DNA from: Thalia democratica
Taxonomy: Eukaryota
Direction: 5' to 3'
Assembly: GCA_965202585.1 (NCBI GenBank)
Contig: OZ241829.1
Location: forward strand, 65,844,001-65,908,000
Length of the DNA stretch: 64,000 bases
Positions 37,614 to 52,684 of the stretch are shown here, piece by piece. Each line of letters opens with the position of its first letter. Within the stretch, counting starts at the first letter, position 1. A model generated the notes under the pieces. That model saw only the letters and a list, made by a program, of their open reading frames with translations. It did not search any database and had not been told where the DNA came from. A program made the translations under genes and the position numbers.

Positions 37614-37752
37614 CCTGAAGGAATTGAGCAGTGCTTTTTGGAATCAGTTATATTCATGAATGAAGACGATGAAGCACTTTCGGACGCATTCGAGATAATT
37701 TACCCTGAAAATGTTGTACCAGGATGCGAAAGGGCGTCGCTGTACATTTACG
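37614..37752 (+). CDS. A2M/TEP-like exon copy
   Basis: Open 139 nt, SDAF...PGCERAS; AG/GT intact. Confidence 0.65.
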
Positions 37753-38140
37753 GTAGGATTGGTTAAATACAGAACTTTCCATAAAATTTTAGACAAATTA
37801 CTTATTTAAAAAAAATAATATATAGTATGGTCTATTACAAAAGATAATTCTTTATAGTTTTAAATATATAAACCAAAGTTAACTATTATAACTATCCTGA
37901 AATAAGTTAATAACAAATACATTTAAAACATATAAATTAAATTACCACACTAGATAGTTTTGTATAATTATTTATTTTTCGGTTGTTTACGAAAGACTTT
38001 TGTTAACTTTATTGATTAGTTTTGCTCAATAAAACAGCAGTTTTTTATTGATTACAGCTTGATACTTTTAATATCCCTAACTCTTTATTTCTTTTTAACA
38101 TTTGTTATTGCTTGTAATCAAGTACTCTAAATCTACTTAC

Positions 38141-38487
38141 AGGGTTGTCACTTTACCTGGAAACATTGAAAAACCTGTAATTTTGAAGAAAATCACTAAA
38201 AAAATTAGAATTTTAAACAATTTTTACATGTTATGTCGAAAAATCTTGATATGACGCAACAAATTTATCATATATATAATTTTTTTGATCATCATCAAAA
38301 ATTTCCATTCAAAAACACATTTAAAGTAGCTTAACCGTATATTTTTAATGTTTTTATACTATTTAACACAGTTTTTACCTTAAACTCAATTTCAAACTAA
38401 AGATAAACCGAAAAATGTGTACTTTTCAAAACTTGGAGGAAATTCTGAATACCTGGATATTTTTTTTTAAATGACTGATAACCCTGT
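38141..38487. mobile_element. Decayed copy of the CAGGGTTGC MITE inside an array intron (representative; whole or partial copies in every unit)
   Basis: CAGGGTTGTCACTTTACCTGGAAAC...GATAACCCTG, colinear with 33862-34240. A 3' fragment is also at ~7680-7800 and ~44220-44341. Confidence 0.75.
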
Positions 38488-39374
38488 ACTAACTAACTAT
38501 TAGCTCATCCAGATCCGCCTTAACTGCGTTGTTAAACTAAGATGGTTTTTATATCGTTAGTGATTGTTTCAAAATTTATTCATTAAGAAAAAGCCGTTTG
38601 CTCATTGATAATGTAATAAATGATGAAAACTTTGTGAGTAAATTATTAGACAATTTATTTTAGAGCTCTAAAGCTTTTTTGATTGAACAAAATTAATTAA
38701 CTGTCTGAAAGAATATTAACAGAAATTTGTTCTGATCCCGGATGTACGGCTTACTTGAATTTATTCATCTACTTTAAGGTATAATTGGTTTAGTTAAATA
38801 CATTTTTGTGATGTCACAATTCAGAATACTTCCTCAGTTTTCGATATCAGTCGTTTTCTAATTGGGACTTGTATCATTTTTATGGTGTCATTTTAATGGT
38901 GTTGTTTTCAGAATAACAAATTATTTTTATTCTATCTTTCAGAAAATTCAAAAATGTATATAACTAAGAATAAGTTTTTGAATAATTTTGTAGTTACACT
39001 GGTTTTTGCATTTTTAAACATTTGTCTGTGTTTTTTAATCAACTGTAATTGATTGTACATACAAGACACGGCTTAATTGCATTTTATAAAAATAAGTTTT
39101 CAAATTTAAAAAAAAATCAAAATTGAAGAATAAACCTTTTCCAACAAAGTATTTGAAATTTAGTTACAAAGATTACTAGATTTGTGTTTTAAATGATTTT
39201 ATTAGTTTAGAAAACATAATAACCCGTACAGAAGTTTTAAACGTAGTTTTCTGATTAAACATAAGACCAGTATCAATTCATTTTGAACGAATTTGTAATC
39301 TTGCCATTGTATACTAATGGTTTAATAAATTGTGTGTACAATCTGGCTCAAGTAAAACACCTTAATACTAACAG

Positions 39375-39513
39375 CCTGAAGGAATTGAGCAGTGCTTTTT
39401 GGAATCAGTTATATTCATGAATGAAGACGATGAAGCACTTTCGGACGGATTCGAGATAATTTACCCTGAAAATGTTGTACCAGGATGCGAAAGAGCGTCG
39501 CTGTACATTTACG
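39375..39513 (+). CDS. A2M/TEP-like exon copy
   Basis: Open 139 nt, SDGF...PGCERAS; AG/GT intact. Confidence 0.65.
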
Positions 39514-40825
39514 GTAGGATTTGTTAAATTCAGAACTTTCCATTAAATTTTAGATAAATATCTTATTTAAATAACGTCTAAAACCTTAAAATAATATATT
39601 ATTTAGTATAACCTATTACAAAAGATAATTGTTTATAGTTTTAAATATATAAACCAAATTTAACCATTATAACATCCTGAAATAAGTTAATAAAAAATAC
39701 ATTAAAAACATAAAAATCAAATTACCACACTAGATAGTTTTGTATAATTATTTATTTTTTGGTTGTAAAATATTGATTTTTAGACAAATAACTTATTTAA
39801 ATAAAATATTATATAGTGTGGTCTATTACAAAAGATAACTCTTTATAGTTTTAAATATATAAATCAAAGTTAACCATTATAACTATTCTGAAATAAGTTA
39901 ATAAAAAATACAAACATGTATATAAATTACCACACTAGATAGTTTTGTATAATTATTTGTTTTTCGGTTGTTTACGAAAAACTTTTGTTAGCTTTTTCGA
40001 TTAGTTTTGCTCAATAAAGTAGCAGTTTTTTATAGATTACAGCTTGATACTTTTCATCTACCTTACTCTTTATTTCTTTTTAACGTTTGTTATTGCTCGT
40101 GATCAAGTACTCTCAAATCTACTTACAGGTTTCCCATTTTACCTGGAAACATGGAAAATCCTGTAATTTTGAATAAAAATCACTAAAAAACCTGAATTTC
40201 CAATTAATTTTTACATGTTAAGTAGAAAAATTTATCACTTAAATAATTTTTTGGTCATCATCAATTTTTTTTATTCAAAGACACATTCAAAGTAGCTTTA
40301 CAGTATGTTTTCGATGCTTTTATACTAGTTGACAAAGTTTTTTTTACCTTAAAATTAACTTGAAACTAAAAGTACACCCTAATATGTGTACATTTAAAAC
40401 CTGTAAAAATTTTGTTAAATGCGGCTGATAACCCTGTACTAACTAACTGTTAGCTCATCAACATTTTTAAGATTTTTCTGTGTTTTTTAATCAACTGTAT
40501 TTGATTTTACATACAAGTCTCGGCTTAATTACATTTTATAACTATAGCATTACTAATTAAAGAAAAAATTAAAATGGAAGAATAAACCTTTGCCAACAAG
40601 GTTTTTGAAATTTAGTTACATAGATTACTATATTTGTGTTTTAAATGATTTTATTAGTTTAGAAAACATTGTGACACGTATAGAAGTTTTAAAAGTAATT
40701 TGCTGATTAGAAATAAGACCGGTAAAAATTCATTTTGAATGAATTTGTAATATTCCTACTGTACACTAATGGTTTAATAAATTGTGTGTACAATCTGGCT
40801 CAACTAAATACCTTAATACTAACAG

Positions 40826-40964
40826 CCTGAAGGAATTGAGAAGTGCTTTTTGGAATCAGTTATATTCATGAATGAAGACGATGAAGCACTTTCGGACGCA
40901 TTCGAGATAATTTACCCTGAAAATGTTGTACCAGGATCCGAAAGAGCGTCGCTGTTCATTTACG
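40826..40964 (+). CDS. A2M/TEP-like exon copy
   Basis: Open 139 nt, IEKC...SDAF...PGSERASLFIY; positional counterpart of the 616 copy. Confidence 0.65.
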
Positions 40965-42378
40965 GTAGGATTGGTTAAATACAGAACTTTCCATTAATTT
41001 TTAGACAAATAACTTATTTAAATAAAATGTTGTAAAGTATATTCTATTACAAAAGATAATTTTTTTAGTTTTAAATATATAAACCAAAGCTAACCATTAT
41101 AACTATCCTGAAATAAGTTAATAACAAATACATTAAAAACATATAAATTAAATACAACACTAGATAGTTTTGTATAATTATTTATTTTTTGGTTGTTTAC
41201 AAAAAATTTTTACATGTTATGTCGAAAAATCTTGATATGACGCAAAAAAATTATCATATAGAATTTTTTTTGGACATCATCAAAAATTTCCATTTAAAAA
41301 CACATTTAAAGTAGCTTAACCGTATGTTTTTAATGTTTTTATACTATTTAACGCAGTTTTTACCTTAAACTCAATTTAAAACTAAAAATAGACCGAAAAA
41401 TGTGTACTTTTAAAAACTTGGAGGAAATTCTGAATACCTGGATATTTTTTTTAAATGACTGATAGCTCTATACTAACTAACTATTAGCTCATCCAGATCC
41501 GCCTTAACTGCGTTGTTAAACTAAGATGGTTTTTATATCGTTAGTCATTGTTTCAAAAGTTATTCTTTAAGAAAATGCCGTTTGCTCATTGATAATGTCA
41601 ATAAATGATGAAAACTTTGTGAGTAAATAGTTTGGTTTGTATTTTATTAGACAGTTTATTTCTGAGCTCTAAAGCTTTTTTGATTGAACAAAATTATTTA
41701 ACTGTCTAAAATTATAATATTTGGAATTTGTTCTGACCCCGGATTTACGGCTTACTTGAATTTCTTTATCTATTTTAAGGTATTATTGGTTTAGTTAAAT
41801 ACATTTTTGTGATGTCATAATTCAGAATACTTCCTCAGTTTTCGATATCAGTCGCTTTCTTTTTGGCACTTGTATCTTTTTTATGGTGTCATATTAACGG
41901 TGTTGTTTTTCAGAATAACAACTTATTTTTATTCTATCTTTCAGAAAATTCGAAAATGTATATAACTAAAAATAAGTTTTTGAATAATTTTGTAGTTACA
42001 CTGGTTTTTGCATTTTTAAACATTTGTCTGTGTTTTTTAATCAACTGTAATTGATTTTACATACAAGTCTCTGCTTAATTACATTTTATAAAAATAAGTT
42101 TTCAAATTAAAAAAAAAAAATCAAAATGGAAGAATAAACCTTTTCCAAAAAAGTATTTGAAATTTAGTTACATAGATTACTATATTTGTGTTTTAAATGA
42201 TTTTATTAGTTATGATAAGATAATAACCCGTACAGAAGTTTTAAACGTAGTTTTCTGATTAAAAATAAGACCAGTAACTATTCATTTTGAACGAATTTGT
42301 AATCTTGCCATTGTATACTAATGGTTTAATAAGTTGTTAGTACAGTCTGGCTCAAGTAAAACACCTTAATACTAACAG

Positions 42379-42517
42379 CCTGAAGGAATTGAGCAGTGCT
42401 TTTTGGAATCAGTTATATTCATGAATGAAGACGATGAAGCACTTTCGGACGCATTCGAGATAATTTACCCTGAAAATGTTGTACCAGGATGCGAAAGAGC
42501 GTCGCTGTACATTTACG
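42379..42517 (+). CDS. A2M/TEP-like exon copy
   Basis: Open 139 nt, SDAF...PGCERAS; positional counterpart of the stop-bearing 2165 copy. Confidence 0.65.
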
Positions 42518-45500
42518 GTAGGATTTGTTAAATACAGAACTTTCCATTAAATTTTAGACAAATAACTTATTTAAATAAAATATTATATAGTGTGGTCTAT
42601 TACAAAAGATAACTCTTTATAGTTTTAAATATATAAACCAAATTTAACCATTATAACTATCCTGAAATAAGTTAATAAAAAATACATTAAAAACATATAA
42701 ATCAAATTACCACACTAGATATTTTTGTATAATTACTTATTTTTTGGTTGTAAACAAAAACCTTTTGTTCGCTTTTTCGATTAGTTTTTCTCAATAAAGC
42801 AGCAATATTTTACTGAGTCTAGCTTGGTACTTTTTATCTATCTTGCTCAATATTTCATTTTAACGTTTGTTATTGCTGGTAATCAAGTACTCTCAAATCT
42901 ACTTACAGGTTTGCCACTTTATCTGATAATATATAAAAACCTGGAATTTTGAAGAAAAATCACCAAAAAACCTGGAATTTTAAACAATTTTTACATGTTA
43001 TGTCGAAAAACCTGGATTTATTATTTTAAATGACTGATAGCCCTGTACTAACTAACTATTAGCTCATCAAGATCCGCCTTAACTGCGTTGTTAAACTAAG
43101 ATGGTTTTTATATCGTTAGTCATTGTTTAAAAAATTATTCTTTAAGAAAATGCCGTTTGCTCATTGATAATGTCAATAAATGATGAAAACTTTGTGAGTA
43201 AATAGTTTGGTTTGTATTTTATTAGACAGTTTATTTCTGAGCTCTAAAGCTTTTTTAATTGAACAAAATTATTTAACTGTCTGAAAGAATAATAACAGAA
43301 ATTTGTTCTGACCCCGGATTTACGGCTTACTTGAATTTCTTTATCTAATTTAAGGTATCATTGGTTTAGTTAAATACATTTTTGTGACGTCATAATTCAG
43401 AATACTTCTTCAGTTTTTGATATCTATAGTTGTCTTTTTTGGTTTTAAATCTTTTCTAAGATGTCGTTTAAATGGTGTTGATTTTCAGAAAAAAAAAATC
43501 TTCTTTTTCAGGATGAATGTGAATTTTTATTCAATATCCTTATTTTTCTACGTTTAATTTTCGATAATATATCCCTTTTTCTACAGTATTTGTTTTTAAC
43601 GTAGTAATCTAGTTCAAGTTTTTTATTATAGAACCAACTAACACGTTTGATGTACTTTTAGTTTATATTAGTGATGAAAGAAACTTTTGTTACTCAAGTT
43701 TTTGTAGTTTTATATGGTTGTCTTAACTCAGTGAATACCGCTTGTTCTGTATTTATTTCCTTTCAACAACAACAAACAATATTTCTCTATTGTATTTGGT
43801 TAGAATCTTTTACAGAACCTTGAAATTGATCTTTATTTGACTTTTGTTCTTCTTAAAATTATTTTATATAGTTGTAAATTTATGCAAAGCTGGTTTGTGT
43901 TGACCTATCAATTTTACATTTTTGTACGTTTCTTCATTAGCAAACCAAAATGTATTATTAATTAAGTTAATAGTTGTTATGTTTCGCGATAAAAATCCAC
44001 GATTTTCAAAAATGAATTTTGTTATGTTATTTAAATAAGTTTATAATTTAGCTTTGGTTGCAGTGCAGTTTGTACTTTGCTTTATTTTAAATAAGATTTT
44101 TTTTTTGACATTAAACAAACAATATTTAATTCTAGTAAGTACGTCTCTTTTTTAAACAGTGTTCTAAGTAGACTAATTGATTCATTATAATAATATTCAA
44201 TATAATTCATTATGATAATAAGTTTTTATACTATTTAACACATTATCTTACCTTAACCTTAACTTTAAATTAAAAATAGACCCAAAAAAGTGTACTTTTA
44301 AAAACCAGGAAAAAATTTGCCAACAGTATTTGGCAACCCTATTTTATGCTATAAACTAGTGTTTTAAATATAAAACTAATATTTTTGATTAAAGGGAAAG
44401 AAAATTAAACACATTGAAACTGTAAAGTAAGTTGAACTAAAACTAGATAACACTTAACTAATTTTAAGTTGAATTTCTCGAATATGTGATTGCTTTTGTG
44501 TTAACAATATAAGTATATATTTCGAAACGCTACTTTTAATTTTGATGCTTTCAAATTTCTTAGTTTTTACTTATGTAATTAAATAACCAACATATCAAGA
44601 TAGCAAGTTAATCTCAAAATAAACGTTCTCTAAGGTAAATCTATGGTAAATTTTTACAGCTTCAGCTTAAAAGTTCAACGTTAGTAAAATAGAAATAATA
44701 ATTTAATATAAAAGCAAGTACTAACTAAATTTTTGAATAAAAGCAAAACTAAATGAACACTTAATTGAATGAAAATTTTAAACCATTTGTATTTTTGCTG
44801 TCATTTTTAAATTTTGTGATGCGCTAAGTTGCAAACTAAGATTTTTATTGAGTTTCTAACCTATAACCGTTCATAAAATTAGTGTTTGACAAAAGTGTGC
44901 ACATTGAGCAGTAAACTTTGAGAAACCAACTTTAAACTACTTTATTTCTGTTTAATTTTGTATCAAACCGTTTCTGAAATTATAAAATTACTGAAGTATT
45001 TCTAGAGTATCGAGTTCTTAATTTGTTAAACCTAAATTCTTCGTATATTTTTTAGCTTTAAAGTTAATATCAAAAGTAAAAGAACAAAAACGTTATGTGT
45101 TATCATTAAAATTTTATTTATAAATCTTTTGTTATCCGATTTTTATTTATTTTTCATTCCAGTTTTGTACCTCAAGTCGTGCTTGTGGCCTCCTTTTCCT
45201 GACGCATCTTGTTAGTGTTATTTTACCCATAAAAACAGAACATACTATTAACAGACGAACAATTTTATAATTTTACGAAATAGAAACTAAAACTATTTAT
45301 TATATTTAAAATGTGTAATTTCATAGGTGATTATGAAGAATGACCGAGAAGACGCAAAAAGGACCCGAGAACCAGAGGCGAAGCAATTAAGAGATACTGC
45401 AAATTTGTTCCTACGTCATAGTGTTTCTTACTTTAATAGGTGAATATTGTTTGTTTTAGTTTATAATTTATAGTTATAGTTGTTAAAATTAATTGTATTT

Positions 45501-45581
45501 TAATATTTAAGCATACATTTCAATGTAATTCAGTATAATACAAGTCAAAAGGTAAAATACATTTTAAAGTAAAGTTTTTTA

Positions 45582-46402
45582 CCATTATTACGTCATTAAA
45601 TTATTTGGAATGAAGCAGGACCTGACCACAAGGATAGCCTAAACCAGAGGTCGCAGTGAAATTAAAAAAAAAATGTTGTCCACACTTAATTAAAAAATTA
45701 TAAAAACAAAAATGGGATAAAATATACTATGATAAAGCACTCGTAAATAGTTTTATTATGAACATTCAAGTTCTTTTGTTTTAAAGTAGTGCTTAATTTT
45801 ATCTGCTATTGAAACTGTCGCTCTACAAACGAAATTTGATTAAATGTTTAGTTATACATAAAAGTTAAGTGAGCTATCAATTAATTAGCTTCACGTGCAA
45901 ATCTGATGATACTCCTTTAACTTAATAGCTTAATACTCAATAAGAATTAAAAACCGCAGTCATATCATTCCAGGGCAAAACTAGTTTTTTACTATTATTA
46001 CGTCATTAAATTATTTGGAATGAAGCAGGACCGGACCACAATGGTAGCCTAAACCAGAGGTCGCAGTCAAATTAAAAAAAAACGTTGTCGCGGTCCACAC
46101 TTAATTAAAAAATTTAAAAAACAAAAATGGGATAAAATATACTATGATAAAGCACTCGTAAATAGTTTTATTATGAACATTCAAGTTCTTTTATTTAAAG
46201 TAGTGCTTAATGTTATCCGCCATTGAAACTGTCGCTCTACAAACGAAATTTGATTAAATGTTTAGTTATACATAAAAGTTAAGTAAGCTATCAATTAATT
46301 AGCTTCACATGGCGTCAGGTACAAATATGTTGATACTCCTTAAACTAAATTCCTTAATACTCAATAAAAATTAAAAACCGCAGTCATATTATTCCAGGGC
46401 AA
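45582..46402. repeat. Two-copy ~400-420-bp tandem duplication (copy 2)
   Basis: Counterpart of 9041-9870; the first unit has a local rearrangement near 45895-45910. Confidence 0.88.
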
Positions 46403-47560
46403 AATTATGAGTTAACAGTAGCTTTAAAAGGTCCTTACAGTTCAAAAGAAAAACTTATGGAATATTTGTTACATGTCGTTTTGTTGTAGTAGAAAAATGT
46501 AAAAGTTTAAATTACTGTGTACATCATATACACAGCTGAATATTTATTTATATTATTTCGAACATAACCTTTAGAGTTGTACAACTCAGTACTGTTGACT
46601 AAAAAGTTTATTTAAGCTTTTTATTTTATAGGTGTTTCGTACTTTTATAAACTAAAAATACATACTCAGCTTGAATACATTTAATTATATCATTAATTGT
46701 TTAAAAACACAGTAGTAATAAAATTAAAGTTTGCTTTACAGTGTTAAGCTTATTAACTGTACCACAAATTTAAAGTAATTTATTTTTTGATACGCAAAGT
46801 TTATGGTAATTTTTAGCTTTGATGATGTTGTTAAAAATAGTTTTTTGTTGAGAGTTACTTTTATTATTTACTTTAAACTTAGAGATTAAAACAAATACAA
46901 TAGTCAAACTTACTATCGAATTTGTAACAACTCAATGAGTAAAAAATATATTATGTTTATAAAGTTTTCAAAATAGTATAGTTATTAATGAAACTTTAAT
47001 TATTTGCTATTTTTTAAAATAAAATATTAAAGTCAAAAGCAAAAATAGTGTTGAAGTAAACTTATAAACTGCAGTAATTGTTATAAACGAAATTACAAAA
47101 TGTTAAAAGTTAAATGTTATTAAATTTATATTAATACGTGATCTTTGAAAAATAATACTTTATCTTAACTTTGATTTAAAAGTTGCGCAACATTTATATT
47201 CTAAACAACATTAATTAAACAATTTAAAGTTTGAGTTTTTATTCTACACAGTGTTTAATGCGTAATGCAATGATCACTAACTAAAAACTGTTTAAAGTAA
47301 GACTGACAAAGCTATATATACTAAATTATATAAGTCTGTTAAATTGACAAAAATTTCAAAGTCTAAATAACGAATTGAATAACTACTATAGAGCTATCAT
47401 TCAAGTTATTATGAGGGTTAAATTATTTTTTTATACAAAAAACTTATTGGATATAGCATACAATGAAATAAAAATATAAAATACCAATACGATATAAACA
47501 CAAGCATAAATGCAACAAACTTAGAAAATGGTAAAATGTGCAATTACGGACATGAAAATG

Positions 47561-48950
47561 TTATGAATTTAGATATTTAGCGAAGTGTCTACATTTACCA
47601 ATAAACTCAGTTCTGGAGTTGAGAGAGGAGTTTTTGTCAGCGATCGCTATTTCCAATTTTTCAATATTACACAGAAAGCATATTCTGCTCGGTTTGCGTT
47701 GATTAATTTTATGCATTATCTTCCATTTAATATTGTTCTTAATCATATCTTCATTGAACTTAGCGGCGTGAAAAAATGAGCTGAATTCTGTGGTTTCTTT
47801 CAGATTTTAATTTCTGCAGCTTTGCATATTTTCGTTGTATCTTGTTTTAAAGTTTTTTGCAGTGGATCCAATATAATGCTGTTCTTTGTTATTATATGTG
47901 ACAGTAGCTTTGTATATGACACGTCTGGAAAGGCATTTACCTTCCACTGGGCATGAGGTTATATTTCTACAATTGCAAGTTGTTTCATTTTTCTTCTGTT
48001 TTTTTTACTTTCCTCTATGATTTTGAGATTTGATTCGGTGATTTCGGATTATTAATGGACATACATGAATAACTTATTTTGATTGTCTTTCTGTTAAGAA
48101 TTTTATTTATCCGTTTTTAGGTTTACACTTATCTACTAATTTAAGAAGGTTTTAATATTTTGGTCTTTAATGTTGCCCTAAAAGGGGGGTTGTAGTATTT
48201 CATTTCCTTTTTTCTTCTTTTTCTACCGGCCGTACCATAATTTTGATATAAGTATTCTAAGACTTTGTTAAAGTCACTGTTTTTTAACGCCTTCTCGTAT
48301 GATTCCTTGTAATTATTAGACATAGTCTTGTTTTTTGATAAAGCAGATAATATATTTTGTATCATATTATGTAATTCTCTTTTGACGCTTGGTGGATGGT
48401 TAGAGTTTATATTTATGTTTTTTTTTTCTTTAGCGTTGGGTTTTCTGTGTAGATGATATATCATTCTGTATATCAAGTAATACATCCAGTAAGTCTATCT
48501 TACTGCTGTCTAATTCGATATTGTTTTTTTAATTTTTTCAGAGAAAACCGCTCTAATATCTTTTCTTGTCTTTACTATGGTTCTTTTTATCGCTTTTTAA
48601 TTATCAAAAGTCCATCATCGCGGTACAACTCGAAGTTATCTTTAGATAAAAATTGGTTTGAGTTATTCAATAGGAACGAAACGATTAACTCGCAAACTTC
48701 AGCGCCATGGTTGCTTCCCATCGGAACGTCAAATAGGTCTTCTTTTGCATTCTTTTTGATCCAAACTTCGTTGACATGTCTGAGAACTACCTTGCATGAG
48801 TGTAGTATAGTATCTATGTTTGAGTTTTTTATTTTCATATATTTCTTTGCAAATTCGATAGATGTTTTTTAGTAAAAGATTTTTCGAGATACTTGGGTAG
48901 GATTCTTCTTTATTAAATTTTATAAACGTGTAACTACTCTTGTTGTTCAT
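47561..48950 (-). mobile_element. Penelope-like retroelement remnant, copy 2
   Basis: Same broken ORFs and frameshifts as 11029-12420. Confidence 0.88.
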
Positions 48951-50757
48951 TTTATTTAACTATTTTATAGCATTATCAGTTTTTTTCCATTGCTGTAACT
49001 TAGTTTTTTCTTTAACTATATTCTAAATTATTAACAATAATTTTATATTCTAAACAACCAAATAGTATGTTAGACGCTTCTGCTTCAGCAAACAATCAAT
49101 GTATATGTTATAATACACAACATGAAGGTAATTTTAAAGTAAATAAGATTACTGGTCACTCTTCTTAACATTCTTAAAACTATTGAAAAAATCAACGACC
49201 TTATGTAAACACAAAAAATATTTTGTTTACGCTTTTCAATTAAAATTTACTGCTTTTGGTTTGAAGTTAAATATGTGTACAAAGTGTTTACCTTCTTCTT
49301 TTTATTTAAAATTTTAATGCTTGCCTAAGCTTACCAATTTTCTGCTTTAAGATTCTATTTTGATAAAAAAAATTGTTTTGTAGTAACAACTGTGCCAGAA
49401 GTTTTTAAACAATGGACATTAATTGAATTTAAGGATGTTTATTAAAATCATGTCCACTAACTTTAACAACTAACTATAACTCGTAACAGTTTATACTGAA
49501 AAAACTCTATTTATTAAAAATAAGTAAAGTATTTCAACTAAAACATTAAAAGACTTTAAATTAAAACAAAAATGATAAAATACAAGCGTTTAAAGTTGTT
49601 TTAGTATTAATAAAAATACAATGATCTAGCCTACTATCGGTTTGTAATAATAAAATAAAAGAAAGATAATGTATAAGAAGTTGGTTAATTTTTTTAGCTC
49701 TTAGTACAACTTGAATTACTTGCTATTCAAAAAAGTATATGTTAAACTAGAAAAGTAAGGTTTAACATGTTTTTTAGCAGAGTACTGCATATACTCACAT
49801 AAAACTTAAATTAGGGACTAAAATGATGATTATAAATTAAAATGTTAGAAAGCTTAAATAATATTTAAGTATTCTTCCAATATACATTAAAAACGTTTTA
49901 GCATTTAAACATGTAAACTTATTACAAGCTAGTTGTAAATTTAATACATTATTAATTTTCTAAGTAACCACATACTTATGTTGTAAAAGCAAACAATTAA
50001 TTTACACGTTTTGTAAAAGAATAAGAAAATATTTTAACTGCCTATAACATAACTTAATTGCGTTTAATGACTAGTCACTGTTAAAAACTGTTCAGAAAAA
50101 AGATTATATTATATAAAATATACTAAAAGAAAAGATACCTTTTGTCCATGTCATTAATAAAATAGTCTTTGGTTGAAAGTTTGATTTTTGTTTTACTTGG
50201 TGTCCAGTTTTGTTCACTTTTTTAAAACCATAATGCTTGCCTAAGCTTAAAAATTTTCTATTACAATTATTTGTTTTAATTAAATTAAGCATTTTGTAAC
50301 AAAAACTCACATATTGGTGAAATTAATAAAACTATAAATTTTTCTTACAAAAATAACTATTACTTCATCTTTAAGCTTAAGAAAAAAATTTTATAAAAAA
50401 AAAATTTCCACATAATAAATACATTCAACATATTAAAATAAGTCTAGTATTGTAACTTAAAATATCAAGTTAATAAATCAAAAATCCAAAGATGAAAGTA
50501 GGTTTTGAAACATGTAAAATTTTCATTTTATATGTATCAAAGTAATCAAACCTTACTACCATCTTTCTTTTGATTGTATCTTATACGAATAAAAATCTGA
50601 TTTATTATAAGTATCAAAAATAAACAACATTATACTAATAAGGCTATTGATAATTTTGTCAAACAAAATTTGGGCAAAAAACTATGCTCACCTTTCGGCG
50701 CAACCGCTCAAAATCTAGGGTATAACTTAAATAAAAAAACAGTCATTTACTAAGGGA

Positions 50758-51818
50758 GACTCTCTTGGGCAAGCTAAAAAAATTGGCAAAAAAAAAGGAC
50801 GTTTGTCTTTCGACAAACGCCCTTGAAATATAATGTTAAAGCCTGAAAAAATTTTGGTAAATAAAAAGGCGAACGTCTTTCGACGAACGCCATTGGAAAA
50901 AAAAATATTGAAAAAAAATGGGAAAATTTTGGAGCAAAAAAAGGCCCCGAAGCCGCCGCGGCGGCTTCGGGGCCTTTTTTTGCTCCAAAATTTTCCCATT
51001 TTTTTTCAATATTTTCTATCAAACTCTCTCACATTTATAAAATTCATTTTCAACTAATTTTCCAAAAAAACAGCCCTCCCCTTTTGCTGTAATTTTTTTC
51101 TCAAAGCTTCTGCTTCGTTCGCAAAACTCTTCGCTGCACATGAGCTCTGATCGGTAAAGCGACCGTGAGATTCAGTCGCTTTTTTACTTGTTACATTTTG
51201 AGTGCTTTACCATTCGCCATTTCTAGTACCTCGCCTTCTCTGCTTCAGTCGCCCCGGCCAAACCTTTACCTCTAGAAATGCTTTAATCACCTCATTTCGC
51301 ACTCGTTCTTTTACTTGGGCTGAATCATATCAGAGCTCGTTTACTGACTGCTACTTCTTGCGAGAGCTTTTACATGGCTTTCTTCGGACGGTTTCTGCCA
51401 TTCCTCTCGCTTTACCTTTACTTCTTGCGAGAGCCCGGCTTTTACATGGCTTTCTTCGGACGGTACCTGCCATTCCTCTCGCTTCACCTTCCCTCGCTAC
51501 TTATTCAATCAGGTCTGCTATACGACTTCTAACCGCCCAGCTGCGGTCTTTTCACGCCAGCTCAAGTCGACGGCCACGTCGACTCAAGCTATATGCCTGC
51601 AAAAACACTAACACACAACCCGCCTTCACCACGCCTACCCGCTTAGACGTCTAGGGATTTATTCATTACAGCTTTACATTGTAAAATCCCTAAGCTGACT
51701 AGGTCGTCAGCTCGCTTTCTGGCACACTACAAGTGCCTCTCTTAATAGTGTAACATTAAGCATACGCGTATGATGCCGAAATGATCGTGTTGAAAAATTT
51801 GGCTACCCCAAGAGAGTC
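50758..51818. mobile_element. Putative non-autonomous TIR/foldback-like element, copy 2
   Basis: Same inverted ends (50758-50769, 51807-51818). 1061 bp versus 1119 bp: one 72-bp unit fewer and +14 bp at the first hairpin. Confidence 0.5.
50902..51015. repeat. Perfect 114-bp palindrome, copy 2
   Basis: Centre 50958/50959; still perfect despite differing from copy 1. Confidence 0.97.
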
Positions 51819-52684
51819 AAAATTTTTCTTTCTTTCATAACATTACATTTTTACTTATATGTATTACTTATTACTTAACTTATATGTGTTGCTTATATTA
51901 CTTAACTTATATGTGTTGCTCTTTATATTATCATGTTAACCAACTACACTATACACATATATAAGGACACTAAGAGGTACGCATTTGCGTAAAGTACGCA
52001 CTTACATTAATAATGAGTTAATTTATTAAGTATAAATGTGAAAGTTTTTGCCTTTTTCAAACTTAAATAATGTGTAACTATATATTATCTTTACTTTATA
52101 GCCAAGTACAGTTTTTTTTTCACTTAAACAGCTATGACGTTTTAGTTGTAACAAATATGGTTCATTTGCATTGCTAGCTGTTTTAAATATTACAAAGTTA
52201 CATAAATAAGAAGTTTTTTTTTAATTAAAACTGAACAAAGATTTTTTATCACATATACATGTTCCTCCTTATAACAAACTTAATAACTACATGTGCTTTT
52301 ATATAACTAACAAGTTTCTAATATAAAATTTTGTTTTATTAATATTTTATTATCTATTAATTAAAAATTAATATTTTATTATCTATATGATTTGATTCTT
52401 TTAATTTATTTTATTAACATTTTTGAATGTGTGATTATTTTTGAAATTATTATTGTCACTCAGAAAAATTTAAAAAATAAATGCTAAAGCTTGTTAGCAT
52501 TTTCATATTAATTAACTTAAATTTCATAACTTAAAACTTATAAGTTTTCTTATTAATAATTAATTACAAAACTTGTAAACTGACTATTTCAATTAAGAAA
52601 ACATAACCAAACCAGTTTATAAATGATGTATTTTTTATTAAAAATAAATTTTTGACATGTTATTACTTACTTGTGCTTTGTGTC

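Larger units (their letters stand above)
37340..43500 (+). repeat. Tandem array of ~1.45-1.76 kb units (second array)
   Basis: Exon at 37614, 39375, 40826 and 42379 (spacing 1761, 1451, 1553). Internal intron duplication near 39545-39960. Lacks the two units found at 3897 and 5649 in array 1. Confidence 0.95.
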